A stretch of DNA of 46,108 nt from an uncultured Bacilli bacterium (lineage in GTDB: Bacteria; Bacillota_I; Bacilli_A; RF39; UBA660): positions 1 to 46,108 of the forward strand of contig CAKOIB010000001.1 in NCBI GenBank assembly GCA_934086255.1, given 5' to 3'. Made by a program: the position numbers and the translations under genes. A model generated the notes under the pieces. That model was given only the letters and a program-made list of their open reading frames with translations. It did no database searches and was not told the DNA's origin. Shown piece after piece: positions 23,384 through 33,667 of the stretch. Each line of letters starts with the position of its first letter. Position 1 is the first letter of the stretch.

Positions 23384-24865
23384 ATGAAGAAAAATAATTT
23401 ATTTAAGATACTAGGAATAGTCTTAGCAGGTTATGTTCTATTATCTTGGCTAGTTCCAATAATAGTAAGCATATTTGGATGGAAAGTCGAAGCATCATAC
23501 CAAATTGGACTAACTAAATTCGGTTCAACATTTATCGATGCATTCGCAGGCTTCTCAAACGTTATCGTATTCATTCTTCTAATCGGAGGATTATATGCTG
23601 TAATGGATGCAACTGGAGCCTATAAACCTGCAATTGAAAAATTAGCAGAAAAGTTTAAAGGAAAAGAAAAATTAGTCCTAATTACAATAATCGTATTGAT
23701 GTCAATCATTTCATCAATCACAGGATTAGAACTAGGATTACTTATTCTATTCCCATTCATCATCTCATTAATATTAATGATGGGATATGATAAAATAATC
23801 GCATTAGTGGCAACATTCGGTGCAACAATCGTTGGTATGTATGGAGCAACATATGCAGGAACATTATATGGATACTTAGATGGATTCATGCAAACTAAAC
23901 CAACAGATAATATTCTTGCAAAAGTAATATTATTCGTATTAGCTTTAGGATTATTAATTGGATTCACACTAATCTATATGAAAAAGAACAATATGTTACC
24001 AGAAAAAACTGCTAAAAAAACAGTAAAATCTGAAACAAAAAAAGAAAAAGTTAAGAAAGAAAAAGTTAAGAAAGAAAAAGTAAAAAAAGCAGATAAGAAA
24101 GAAAAAACTGAAGAAAAAGAAAAGAAAGTATGGCCATTACTATTAGTATTAGGACTACTATTCTTAGTATTAATTCTTGGTACAACTGCTTGGGGTAACA
24201 TCTTTGGTAGTAACTGGTTTGCAACAGCTCATGATACAATCATGAACAAATGGCAAATCGGAGGATTTAAAATAGTAGAAAAACTATTCGGAGGATTAGA
24301 TGCATTCGGTACTTGGACAAAATCAACTAGATACGTAGCATACTCAATCATGATTCTATTTGCAATAGCAACATTAACAATAGTCTACAAAATTAAATTA
24401 AAAGACGCTTTTGATGCATTTGTAAAAGGAATAAAAGAATATGTAGTACCAGCACTATTAGCTTTAATAGCATACTCAATCTTTGTATTTACTATTTACT
24501 ATCCAGTACTAGGAGTCATTACTACTTGGATAACAGGACTAACTGATTCATTCAATCTAGTAACATCTGGATTACATGCAATAATAAGCAGTGTATTCTA
24601 TCCAGACTTCTCATACTATGGATACTACGTTGTATATACATTTGTTCAAACTATTAAAGATACATCACTATACTCATTAATAGGACTAGTATTCACTAAC
24701 CTATATGCATTAGTTATGTTATTAGCGCCAACAAGTGTACTATTATTAACTTCATTATCAATATCTGAAGTTAAATATACAGAATGGTTAAAATTCATCT
24801 GGAAATACGCTCTATGCTTACTAGTAGTATCATTTATCGTATTTACAGTATTAACATTAATTTAA
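23384..24865 (+). CDS. YfcC/DcuC-type polytopic transporter-like protein with Lys-rich loop insertion
   Basis: VIVFILLIGGLYAVMDATGAYKPAIEKLAEKFKGKEKLVLITIIVLMSIISSITG...MMGYDKIIALVATFGATIVG follows the YfcC-family pattern as I recall it. About 12 TM. The central loop is KKEKVKKEKVKKEKVKKADKKEKTEEKEKK. Confidence 0.6.
   Translation: MKKNNLFKILGIVLAGYVLLSWLVPIIVSIFGWKVEASYQIGLTKFGSTFIDAFAGFSNVIVFILLIGGLYAVMDATGAYKPAIEKLAEKFKGKEKLVLITIIVLMSIISSITGLELGLLILFPFIISLILMMGYDKIIALVATFGATIVGMYGATYAGTLYGYLDGFMQTKPTDNILAKVILFVLALGLLIGFTLIYMKKNNMLPEKTAKKTVKSETKKEKVKKEKVKKEKVKKADKKEKTEEKEKKVWPLLLVLGLLFLVLILGTTAWGNIFGSNWFATAHDTIMNKWQIGGFKIVEKLFGGLDAFGTWTKSTRYVAYSIMILFAIATLTIVYKIKLKDAFDAFVKGIKEYVVPALLALIAYSIFVFTIYYPVLGVITTWITGLTDSFNLVTSGLHAIISSVFYPDFSYYGYYVVYTFVQTIKDTSLYSLIGLVFTNLYALVMLLAPTSVLLLTSLSISEVKYTEWLKFIWKYALCLLVVSFIVFTVLTLI
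24041..24085 (+). repeat. 15-nt in-frame tandem repeat x3 (aaagaaaaagttaag) encoding (KEKVK)3
   Basis: aaagaaaaagttaag aaagaaaaagttaag aaagaaaaagtaaaa, read directly. Confidence 0.85.
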
Positions 24866-24867
24866 TT

Positions 24868-24890
24868 GAGCAAGCAATTGCTCTTTTTTT
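24868..24890 (+). terminator. Rho-independent terminator
   Basis: gagcaa / ttgctc with loop gcaa, then ttttttt. Confidence 0.7.
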
Positions 24891-24952
24891 GTTGAATAAA
24901 AAAAATTATTTTTTTAAATAGTCTACATACACTATTATTGGGTGATATAAAA

Positions 24953-27253
24953 ATGTTTTCAAAATTTGATGAACAAGCAAAAAAAGTATTAATAAACATG
25001 CAAAAAGAAATGGCAATGTTAAAACATCCATACATTGGTAGTGAACACTTATTCCTATCCCTCTTGCTACTAGGAGAAAAAAACGATATAAAAATACTAA
25101 ACAAAACTGGTATAACATACGAGACATTTAAAAACGAACTAATTAAAGTAGTGGGAACAGGAAAAAAAGAAAATAACTATTATCTTTATACACCACTTTT
25201 AAGAAACATACTAGAAGTAGCAGAACTAATATCAAATGATAAAAAGAAAAAATTAGTAGACAGTAACGACCTTTTATTAGCACTCCTTGAAGAAGGCGAA
25301 GGAATAGCAATCAGAATATTACTAGGAATGGGAATAGATATAGACACACTATATGATGAATTTGATGAAAAGTTTATAACAAACCAAAAAAATAATAAAA
25401 AATTAATGGTAGACTCTTTCGGAATAGATCTAAATAAAAAAGCAAAAACAGGCGAAACAGATCCAGTCGTAGGAAGAGAAAAAGAAATAAAAAGAGTCCT
25501 AGAAATACTATCACGCAGAACAAAAAACAACCCATTACTAATCGGAGAAGCAGGAGTAGGAAAAACCGCCATAGTAGAAGAACTTGCAAGAATGCTAACA
25601 AACAACAATACATATGGACCACTAAGTAAAAAAAGAATAATATCAATATCAACCGCCTCACTAGTCGCAGGTACTAAATATCGAGGAGAATTTGAAGAAA
25701 GAATAAACAAAATAATAACCGAATTAGAAGAAGAAAATGACATAATACTATTTATAGATGAAATCCATACCCTTGTAAATGCCGGAGGAGCCGAAGGAGC
25801 GATAGATGCATCAAACATCTTAAAACCAGCACTTGCAAGAGGAAAAATCAAAATAATCGGAGCAACTACTACCGAAGAATATAAACAATACATAGAAAAA
25901 GATAAAGCCCTATCAAGAAGATTTCAAACAGTAATCATAAAAGAACCAGATACAAAAACAACACTTCAAATACTAACAAAACTAAGACCGATTTATGAAA
26001 AATATCATAAAGTAAAAATAAGCGATGAAATACTACAAGAAATAGTAACATTATCAAATAGATACATTCACGATAGAATGATGCCAGACAAAGCAATAGA
26101 CGTTCTAGATGAAGTATGCTCAAGAACATTTATATCAAATTGCAAAAAGACAAACAAACTAGAAGATATTTATACAGAACTAAATAAAATAAAAGACTTA
26201 AAAAACGATTCAATAATTAAAAATGATTTTACAAATGCTTTAGAATTTAGAAAAAAAGAACTCTTACTCGAAGACAAAAAAAATAAATACGAAATGAATA
26301 AACAACCAAATAACTATCACAATGTCAACATAAAAGACGTAATCGAAGTAGTAGAATCAAGATCAAAAATACCAATTCTTCTAGAGGACAAAAACATGTG
26401 GTTAAAAGTTAAAAACAAAATAAATAAAACAGTACTAGGACAACAAGAAGCGGTAGACACCCTATGCGATATAATAAAAAAATATAACTATGACTACGAC
26501 AAAACAAAACCATTATCATTCCTATTCGTGGGGCCATCCGGAGTAGGAAAAACTCTATTAGTAAAAGAATATGCTAAAAACTATTATAAAAAAGATAGTC
26601 TAATAAGATTAGATATGAGTGAATACAAAGAAAATCATTCAGTAAGCAAATTAATAGGTTCCCCTCCAGGATATGTTGGATATGATGACAATAAAAATGT
26701 TTTTGAACAAATAAAAGACAATCCTCATAGCCTAATCCTCTTAGATGAAATAGAAAAAGCAAGTCCAGATGTAATTAACTTGTTTCTTCAAATATTAGAC
26801 GAAGGAATAGCAAAAAACTCTAAAGGAGAAGAAATAAACTTTACAAATACAACAATCATAATGACCTCTAATATAGGCTGCGAAAAAAGACAACTAGGAT
26901 TCAACAACAATAAAAACAAAAATACAGACATAAATCAAATCTTAGGAATATCTTTTGTAAATAGAATAAATAAAATTATATTCTTCAATCAAATGGACGA
27001 AGAAACAGTTCTAAAAATAATAAGAAACAAAATAAACAATTTAAGAAAAAAATACAAAGATAAAAATATAAACTTAACCATATCAAGAAATATAGAACAA
27101 GAAATAAAAGATTTATGTGAATATGAAACATATGGTGCCAGAAAAATAGACAAAGTAATATACAATAGTTTAGAAAACATTATTATAGATAATATTTATA
27201 ATGGAAACAAAGATATAAAAATCTCTAGTATTATGAACGTAGAACTTGTATAA
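24953..27253 (+). CDS. clpC: ATP-dependent Clp protease ATP-binding subunit ClpC-like (class I AAA+, two NBDs)
   Basis: Clp_N repeats (YIGSEHLFLSLL / LLLALLEEGEGIA), Walker A GEAGVGKT and GPSGVGKT, IDEIHTL, LLDEIEKA and the LGF loop. ATG 24953 is preferred over TTG 24938. Confidence 0.85.
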   Translation: MFSKFDEQAKKVLINMQKEMAMLKHPYIGSEHLFLSLLLLGEKNDIKILNKTGITYETFKNELIKVVGTGKKENNYYLYTPLLRNILEVAELISNDKKKKLVDSNDLLLALLEEGEGIAIRILLGMGIDIDTLYDEFDEKFITNQKNNKKLMVDSFGIDLNKKAKTGETDPVVGREKEIKRVLEILSRRTKNNPLLIGEAGVGKTAIVEELARMLTNNNTYGPLSKKRIISISTASLVAGTKYRGEFEERINKIITELEEENDIILFIDEIHTLVNAGGAEGAIDASNILKPALARGKIKIIGATTTEEYKQYIEKDKALSRRFQTVIIKEPDTKTTLQILTKLRPIYEKYHKVKISDEILQEIVTLSNRYIHDRMMPDKAIDVLDEVCSRTFISNCKKTNKLEDIYTELNKIKDLKNDSIIKNDFTNALEFRKKELLLEDKKNKYEMNKQPNNYHNVNIKDVIEVVESRSKIPILLEDKNMWLKVKNKINKTVLGQQEAVDTLCDIIKKYNYDYDKTKPLSFLFVGPSGVGKTLLVKEYAKNYYKKDSLIRLDMSEYKENHSVSKLIGSPPGYVGYDDNKNVFEQIKDNPHSLILLDEIEKASPDVINLFLQILDEGIAKNSKGEEINFTNTTIIMTSNIGCEKRQLGFNNNKNKNTDINQILGISFVNRINKIIFFNQMDEETVLKIIRNKINNLRKKYKDKNINLTISRNIEQEIKDLCEYETYGARKIDKVIYNSLENIIIDNIYNGNKDIKISSIMNVELV

Positions 27254-27300
27254 TCTTTGTTTTTTTGATATAATTTAACGTATTAAAAGAGGTGATTAAA

Positions 27301-28728
27301 TTGAAAGAAGTAAGAACAAGATTTGCACCAAGTCCAACAGGATTTATGCACATAGGAAACTTAAGAACAGCAATCTTTGAATACTTGTTAGCAAAAAAAA
27401 ATAATGGTAAATTCATACTAAGAATAGAAGACACAGATCAAGAAAGACTAGTCGAAGGCTCAATAGACTTTATCTACAAAACACTAGAACTATGTAACTT
27501 TGTAATTGATGAAGGACCAAACAATGAAGGAGAAGTTGGACCATATATTCAAAGCGAAAGAAAAGACATCTATAAAAAATATGCACAAGAACTAGTAGAA
27601 AAAGGTTATGCCTACTATTGTTTTTGTACCGAAGAAAGACTAACCAAATTACGTGAAGTTGCAAGTTTAAATAAAACTCCATTTATGTACGATGGTCATT
27701 GTAAAAACTTAACCAAAGAAGAAATAGAAGAAAAATTAAAAAACAATGAGCCATATGTTATAAGACAAAAAATGCCAAAAGAAGGACAAACAGTAATAAA
27801 TGATTTAGTCTATAAAGAAGTATTAATAGAAAACTCCGTATTAGAAGACCAAATACTATTAAAATCAGACGGCTATCCAACATATAACTTTGCCAATGTA
27901 GTAGACGATCATCTAATGAAAATAACCCATGTAATAAGAGGAAAAGAATACTTAGATCAAACAGCAAAATATAATCTATTATACGATGCATTTGGATGGG
28001 AAAAACCAACATACATTCATGTAGCTATGGTACTCGGAGAAGACGGCAACAAACTAAGCAAAAGAAATAAAGATGCATCATTCATGGATTTATACAATGA
28101 AGGCTATCTACCACAAGCAATAGTAAACTACCTAGTTCTTTTAGGATGGTCCCCAAAAGATAATCAAGAAATATTTACAATGGATGAACTAATCGAAGCC
28201 TTTGATCCAACAAGAATAAGTAAATCATCTAGTAGTTACGATGTAAAAAAACTAAGATGGTTCAATGCTCATTACATAAAACAACTAGAAAAAGACGAAA
28301 TAGTAAACTTGTGTCTGCCATTCCTACAAGAAAGCTATGACTTAAAAGACAAAACACCAACTTGGATAGAACATCTAATAGAAATATATCAAAATCATTT
28401 AAGCTATGGAAAAGAAATAGTAGAGCTAACTGAACTATTCTTTAAAGAAGAAATAACATTAGATGAAGAATGCCAAGAATTTATGCAACAAGAAACAGTA
28501 AATGAAACCATAAATACATTAAAACAAGAATTAGAAAATCTTACAACTTGGACAGTAGAAAATATAAAAGAAGCAATAAATAGTACTAAAGAAAAAGCAG
28601 GAGTCAAAGGAAAAATGCTATATATGCCTATCAGAATAAAAGTAAGTGGACAAATGCATGGACCTGAACTACCTGATACAATTTACCTATTAGGAAAAGA
28701 AACCGTTTTAAAAAGATTAAGCAGGTGA
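27301..28728 (+). CDS. gltX: Glutamyl-tRNA synthetase
   Basis: RFAPSPTGFMHIGNLRTA (HIGH) and KLSKRN (KMSKS). TTG 27301 sits 8 nt after AAGAGG, so the track start GTG 27292 is inside the SD. Confidence 0.9.
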   Translation: MKEVRTRFAPSPTGFMHIGNLRTAIFEYLLAKKNNGKFILRIEDTDQERLVEGSIDFIYKTLELCNFVIDEGPNNEGEVGPYIQSERKDIYKKYAQELVEKGYAYYCFCTEERLTKLREVASLNKTPFMYDGHCKNLTKEEIEEKLKNNEPYVIRQKMPKEGQTVINDLVYKEVLIENSVLEDQILLKSDGYPTYNFANVVDDHLMKITHVIRGKEYLDQTAKYNLLYDAFGWEKPTYIHVAMVLGEDGNKLSKRNKDASFMDLYNEGYLPQAIVNYLVLLGWSPKDNQEIFTMDELIEAFDPTRISKSSSSYDVKKLRWFNAHYIKQLEKDEIVNLCLPFLQESYDLKDKTPTWIEHLIEIYQNHLSYGKEIVELTELFFKEEITLDEECQEFMQQETVNETINTLKQELENLTTWTVENIKEAINSTKEKAGVKGKMLYMPIRIKVSGQMHGPELPDTIYLLGKETVLKRLSR

Positions 28729-28732
28729 TAAA

Positions 28733-30139
28733 ATGAAGTTTTACAATACTTTAACAAGAAAAGTAGAAGAATTTATTCCAAATGACAAAAACAATGTATC
28801 ATTCTATACATGTGGTCCAACAGTATACCATGATCAACACATAGGAAATATGCGTAATTATATAGGACACGATATTCTAGATAAAACTCTAAGATATTTA
28901 GGATACAATGTTACTAGAGTAATGAACATAACAGACGTTGGACACCTAACAAGTGATTCCGACTCTGGAGAAGACAAAATGGTAAAAAGTGCTAAAGAAA
29001 AAAAATCAAGCGTTCTAGAAATAGCAAAATATTATACAGACGCATTCTTTAAAGACTTTGAATTACTAAATAATCGAAGACCAGATATAGTAAGCCCAGC
29101 AACTGATCATATAAATGACTACATAAAAATAATCGAAAAGCTATTAGAAAAGGGATACGCATACAAAAGCGGAGGAAATGTTTACTTTGATGTATCTAAA
29201 CTTGATGACTATTACAAACTAACAAACCATAAAGAAGATGAAATGGTCGTCGGAGTAAGACAAGGTGTAACAAATGACGATAACAAAAAAAATCAAGCAG
29301 ACTTTGCCCTTTGGTTTACTAAGTCAAAATTCGAAGATCAAGAACTAAAATGGGATTCCCCATTCGGAGTAGGTTACCCAGGATGGCACATAGAATGCTC
29401 TGGAATCAGCATGCATTACCTTGGAGAGTATCTAGATATCCATGGCGGAGGAGTAGACAACATCTTCCCACACCACACCAACGAAATAGCACAAAGCGAA
29501 GCATATCTAGGACATAAATGGTGCAACTATTGGTTTCATAACGAACACTTAATGGATGAAACAGGCAAAATGTCTAAGAGTAAGGGAGCAACACTAACAG
29601 TATCCCTATTAAAAGAAAAAGGATATGATCCACTAGCATTTAGATACATGTGCCTAACAAGTCACTACAGAAAACAACTAGTATTCTCATACGAAGGACT
29701 AGAAACAGCAAGCAAAGCCTATAAAAAATTAAAAACACGTATCTCAAATCTTGAAGATACAAAACAACTACAACAAGAAGAATTTGAAACATATAAAAAC
29801 AAGTTTAAAGAAAATCTAGAAAATGATTTAAATACCGCAAATGCTATAACACTAATATATGATATATTAAAAGATCAAAATCTAAACGATACAACAAAAA
29901 TAAAACTAATCGAAGAATTTGATCAAGTATTATCATTAGACTTATTAAAACAAGAAGAACAAAAACTTGATGATAATCTAAAAAAATATATCGAAGAACA
30001 AATAAAATTAAGACAAGAAGCAAAACAACAAAAAGACTATCAAAAAGCAGACAAAATAAGAGATGAACTATTACAAAAAGGAATAAAATTAATAGACACC
30101 AAAGAACAAACAACCTATGAAATCATTACAGGGAGGTAA
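28733..30139 (+). CDS. cysS: Cysteinyl-tRNA synthetase
   Basis: [17 protein letters not shown] (HIGH), [24 protein letters not shown] and KMSKSKG. Confidence 0.95.
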   Translation: MKFYNTLTRKVEEFIPNDKNNVSFYTCGPTVYHDQHIGNMRNYIGHDILDKTLRYLGYNVTRVMNITDVGHLTSDSDSGEDKMVKSAKEKKSSVLEIAKYYTDAFFKDFELLNNRRPDIVSPATDHINDYIKIIEKLLEKGYAYKSGGNVYFDVSKLDDYYKLTNHKEDEMVVGVRQGVTNDDNKKNQADFALWFTKSKFEDQELKWDSPFGVGYPGWHIECSGISMHYLGEYLDIHGGGVDNIFPHHTNEIAQSEAYLGHKWCNYWFHNEHLMDETGKMSKSKGATLTVSLLKEKGYDPLAFRYMCLTSHYRKQLVFSYEGLETASKAYKKLKTRISNLEDTKQLQQEEFETYKNKFKENLENDLNTANAITLIYDILKDQNLNDTTKIKLIEEFDQVLSLDLLKQEEQKLDDNLKKYIEEQIKLRQEAKQQKDYQKADKIRDELLQKGIKLIDTKEQTTYEIITGR

Positions 30140-30141
30140 AA

Positions 30142-30807
30142 ATGACATATTACATATTAGGAATAATATCTTTATTAATAACAACCATAGCGCAAATATA
30201 TATTAGTATTACATATTCAAAATACAGCCAAATACAAAGTAAAAACAAATTAAGTGGTTTTGAAACAGCAAAAAAAATACTAGAAAAAAATAACTTAGAA
30301 AAACTATATGTAGTAGAAACACAAGGAACCCTAACAGATCACTATGATCCAAAAGCAAAAGTAGTAAGACTATCTCATAACGTTTTTGATGAAGACAGCA
30401 TAAGCTCAATCGCTATATCAGCACATGAATGCGCTCATGCAATTCAAGATAAAAATAAAAACAAATTCATGAGAATAAGAAGCTTCCTAGTGCCATTTGT
30501 AAACTTTAGTACTAAAATGGGTTACATAGTAGTACTACTCGGAGCCATCCTAGGAATGTTTCAATTAATATACTTTGGAATAATTCTTCTAATGATTATC
30601 TTGCTATTCCAATTAGTGACATTACCAGTAGAAATCGGTGCATCTCGTGATGCCCTAAAATATCTAGAAGAATATAACATTTTAACAAAAGAAGAAGTAG
30701 AAGACGCTAAAAAAGTACTAACAAGTGCAGCCCTTACATATGTAGCAAGCCTTGCCAGTACAATAATCGAAGTATTAAGACTATTATCAATGACTAACAA
30801 TGACTAA
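30142..30807 (+). CDS. Membrane zinc metallopeptidase (YugP-like, HExxH)
   Basis: AISAHECAHAIQD (HExxH), N-terminal TM and C-terminal TM pair. Size and layout of the putative neutral zinc metallopeptidase family. Confidence 0.75.
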   Translation: MTYYILGIISLLITTIAQIYISITYSKYSQIQSKNKLSGFETAKKILEKNNLEKLYVVETQGTLTDHYDPKAKVVRLSHNVFDEDSISSIAISAHECAHAIQDKNKNKFMRIRSFLVPFVNFSTKMGYIVVLLGAILGMFQLIYFGIILLMIILLFQLVTLPVEIGASRDALKYLEEYNILTKEEVEDAKKVLTSAALTYVASLASTIIEVLRLLSMTNND

Positions 30808-31177
30808 TACTACTTATTCACCACTGCAACTAGCATATATCGGAGATAGCGTCTACGAAACTCTAGTAAGAGATTATCTTCTTAACAAAACAAAGACAAA
30901 AGTAAATGAACTACAAACAAAAAGTTTAGAATTTGTAACAGCAAAAAGACAAGCATATATTCTAAACGAACTAATAAAAGAAAATAAACTAACTGAGGAA
31001 GAACTAGAAATAGTAAAAAAAGGAAGAAATACCAAAGTAAATTCAAAACCAAAAAACTGTGATATATTAACCTATAAACATGCTACTGCATTTGAAACAT
31101 TAATTGGGTACTTATATTACAATAATAAAGAAAGAATAAATGAAATATTTAAAGAAATAGTAAACATAAAAGATTAA
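30800..31177 (+). CDS. mrnC: Mini-ribonuclease III
   Basis: LQLAYIGDSVYETLVRDYL plus ATAFETLIGYLY. Conserved position between cysS and rlmB. Overlaps the upstream gene by 8 nt. Confidence 0.8.
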   Translation: MTNTTYSPLQLAYIGDSVYETLVRDYLLNKTKTKVNELQTKSLEFVTAKRQAYILNELIKENKLTEEELEIVKKGRNTKVNSKPKNCDILTYKHATAFETLIGYLYYNNKERINEIFKEIVNIKD

Positions 31178-31188
31178 GAGGTACAATT

Positions 31189-31884
31189 ATGATAGTATAT
31201 GGAAGAAATAGTAGCTACGAAATATTAAAAAATTGCAAATCTGTTAAAAAAGTATATTTGGATAGGAAATTTAGTGACAAAACACTGATTTCCCTTATAG
31301 AAAAATTAAAAATTGAACCAATTTTATGCACCAAATTTGAATTAGATGAACTTGCAAATGGAAATCATCAAGGTATAATAGTAGATATCGAGGAATTCGA
31401 CTACTGTGATATTGATGATATCATTAAAGAACAAGGCCTAATTGTAATGCTAGATCATCTAGAAGACACACACAACTTTGGTGCTATAATAAGAACTTGT
31501 TTAGCGGCAGGAGTAGATGGAATAATAATTCCAAAAGACCGAAGTGTCAAAGTAAACTCCACCGTTATGAAAACCAGTAGTGGTGCTGCTATAAGAAGTA
31601 AAATATGCATGGTAACCAATCTAAACCAAACAATAAAATATCTAAAAGAAAAAGGTTACTGGTTCTATTCAGCAGACACAACTGGAGAAAACTATAGTGA
31701 AATAGACTATGCTCCTAATACTTGCTTAATAATAGGCAACGAAGGATCCGGAGTCTCTGAACTAGTAAAAAAATCATCAGATTACATAGTGTCAATTCCT
31801 ATGAAAGGACAATTTGAAAGTTTAAATGCTTCAGTCGCAACAGGAATATTAATATATGAGGTTGTAAGACAAAGAAGTCACTAA
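31189..31884 (+). CDS. rlmB: 23S rRNA (guanosine-2'-O)-methyltransferase RlmB (SpoU/TrmH family)
   Basis: LDHLEDTHNFGAIIRT, IIGNEGSGVS and IPMKGQFESLNASVATGI (SPOUT motifs). Confidence 0.8.
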   Translation: MIVYGRNSSYEILKNCKSVKKVYLDRKFSDKTLISLIEKLKIEPILCTKFELDELANGNHQGIIVDIEEFDYCDIDDIIKEQGLIVMLDHLEDTHNFGAIIRTCLAAGVDGIIIPKDRSVKVNSTVMKTSSGAAIRSKICMVTNLNQTIKYLKEKGYWFYSADTTGENYSEIDYAPNTCLIIGNEGSGVSELVKKSSDYIVSIPMKGQFESLNASVATGILIYEVVRQRSH

Positions 31885-31894
31885 GGAGGACACT

Positions 31895-32506
31895 ATGCAA
31901 TACCAGACAAATGACGAAGAACTTATCTACATGGTAAGAGAAAATGACGAAGAAGCATGGAAAATAATAATGGAAAAATATGAACCATTATTAAAATACC
32001 TTGCTTTTTATTATCAAAAAACATATGGAGTAAAAGCATCAATAGATCATGAAGACTTACTACAAGAAATGAGACTAACACTCTATAAAGCAATAAGAAT
32101 GTATAAAACAGATGAAAACAATCGATTCTATCCATATCTATCGGCAGCATTAAAAAATACATGCAATGATTACTACAAAAGAAGATATAAAAGATATCAA
32201 AAAGAATTCTTGGTCGCAGACATCTCAAAATACGAACTATGTGAAGAACAAGATCCATTACTATCAACATATTATGATTACTACTTAACAGAAATATTAA
32301 AAGATTTCAATATTAAATTAAATGCACAAGACTCTGCAATATTTCTTTTAAAACTGTCATCAATGACTTATCAAGATATAGCAAAAATACTAGATATAAA
32401 CACTAAAAAAGTAGATAACTCTATATTTAGAACTAAACAAAAACTAAAAAAATACCTAAAAAAATTAGATTTAGAAAACACATATCTAGATAAAATTATA
32501 CAGTAA
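31895..32506 (+). CDS. sigH: RNA polymerase sigma factor SigH-like
   Basis: Region 2 (EDLLQEMRLTLYKAIRMYKTDENNRFYPYLSAALKN) and region 4 HTH (MTYQDIAKILDINTKKVDNSIFRTKQKLKKYL). Canonical position after cysS-mrnC-rlmB. Confidence 0.7.
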   Translation: MQYQTNDEELIYMVRENDEEAWKIIMEKYEPLLKYLAFYYQKTYGVKASIDHEDLLQEMRLTLYKAIRMYKTDENNRFYPYLSAALKNTCNDYYKRRYKRYQKEFLVADISKYELCEEQDPLLSTYYDYYLTEILKDFNIKLNAQDSAIFLLKLSSMTYQDIAKILDINTKKVDNSIFRTKQKLKKYLKKLDLENTYLDKIIQ

Positions 32507-32582
32507 TAAAATAAAAAAAGTAAAAATAGGTTTATTAACAAAAAAAAGTATGCTATAATGACTATGATAAGGAGTATAGGCT

Positions 32583-33188
32583 ATGGATAATAACATTGTA
32601 TCATTAAGACAATTTATAAACAATAAAGACAATTATGCTTATAAAGCACAAACTTTTTGCCGTCTAATGAAAATAGTATGTGATGCTATAGAAAAAGAAA
32701 CAAGATCATTAGTCAGAATTAACCTAGATGAAATAAAAATAAATACATCAACCGGAGAAATAATTCTATCAGACCACCTATTTGCAACCTCAGATAAGAC
32801 AATCGCCGGAGTAAACACAGGAGTAAGCCTAATGGCAGAACGTAAAAGCTCATTTGAACACAAAAGAATATCATTTGCCCTTATGGTACTAGGGTGGTAT
32901 GTAAATGAAGACCATAGTGCTGTATTCAATGATCTAATGGTATTAGAAAACTTTAACGACTATATGAGTAAAGTTCCAAACTGGTTACAAGATTATTTTA
33001 TAAGCATATTCCTAAGAATGGACTATACTAAATCATTCTCAGATTATTATAAAGATAACTTTATAGATAAAGTAAAAAACGACGTAAAAACATCACTTGA
33101 ACCATATCATCTAAACGATGAACAAATGAAAAAAATAACATCAGTAATAGTTAAAAAAACACAAAGAATAATGAAAGGTGGGGAATAA
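32583..33188 (+). CDS. Protein-kinase C-lobe-like protein lacking catalytic residues (putative pseudokinase), 201 aa
   Basis: By eye, LVRINLDEIKINTSTGEIILSDHLF aligns to HRDLKPENILL..G.vKl.DFG, and GVSLMAER...ISFALMVLGWYV to GT..YMAPE...DIWSLGVILYEL. No Gly-loop or VAIK N-lobe. HRD and DFG are not conserved. Confidence 0.45.
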   Translation: MDNNIVSLRQFINNKDNYAYKAQTFCRLMKIVCDAIEKETRSLVRINLDEIKINTSTGEIILSDHLFATSDKTIAGVNTGVSLMAERKSSFEHKRISFALMVLGWYVNEDHSAVFNDLMVLENFNDYMSKVPNWLQDYFISIFLRMDYTKSFSDYYKDNFIDKVKNDVKTSLEPYHLNDEQMKKITSVIVKKTQRIMKGGE

Positions 33189-33189
33189 T

Positions 33190-33582
33190 ATGAATAAAAA
33201 TCTTTTTGATTTTGCAGAAGACAAATTCTTAGAAAACATCCCCACAGTCATAACAAGCGTAAAAAAGTCACTTGACCAAGTAAATCAATCACAATATCAA
33301 TTCCAAAATCAAACAAATGAATACTCAGGAAGTACAATGGAACAAACTCAAGAAAAACAACTAGTAAAATCAAGACAATTAAACTCAAATCAAGCAGTAA
33401 GACCAGTAATAAATAATGAACAACCAACATACAACAATTATCCAAATTATTCAAACTATCAAACAACTCAAGGAGGATATACTAATCAAAATGGTCTATC
33501 AACAATATTAACACTATCAGTAACACTCCTACTAATAGTGCTAGTATTCGCAGTAACATTCTTTATAATAAAATTCACATAA
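33190..33582 (+). CDS. Q/N-rich tail-anchored membrane protein (131 aa)
   Basis: ATG 33190 lies 1 nt after the upstream stop, SD AAAGGTGGGG. Gln/Asn/Tyr-rich low-complexity middle and C-terminal TM LSTILTLSVTLLLIVLVFAVTFFII. Confidence 0.5.
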   Translation: MNKNLFDFAEDKFLENIPTVITSVKKSLDQVNQSQYQFQNQTNEYSGSTMEQTQEKQLVKSRQLNSNQAVRPVINNEQPTYNNYPNYSNYQTTQGGYTNQNGLSTILTLSVTLLLIVLVFAVTFFIIKFT

Positions 33583-33667
33583 GATGCTAGACATCTTTTT
33601 TTCTACAAAAAACGAGTTTATCAAAACAAATATTTGTGATATAATAAATGAGTCAGGAGTGATATAT

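Noticed and set aside
24041-24085. Tandem repeats (also 17161-17235 and 17908-18102) considered as CRISPR or phase-variable SSRs
   Set aside because: All are in-frame inside long ORFs with unit lengths that are multiples of three, and they have no spacer-repeat architecture. No cas genes are present.
24866-24952. CtsR operator (GGTCAAA direct heptads) or CIRCE element upstream of clpC
   Set aside because: Neither motif is present, and ctsR-mcsA-mcsB are also absent upstream.
30790-30810. Direct repeat atgactaa(caatgactaa) at the peptidase/mrnC junction as a possible slippage or recoding site
   Set aside because: It is simply two in-phase-shifted ATGACTAA strings. The ordinary 8-nt overlap of stop and start explains it, and both ORFs are complete without recoding.
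33584-33667. Upstream extension of the uvrA ORF
   Set aside because: It contains the likely promoter (TGTGATATAAT) and the SD (CAGGAG). Conserved UvrA sequence starts at ATG 33668.
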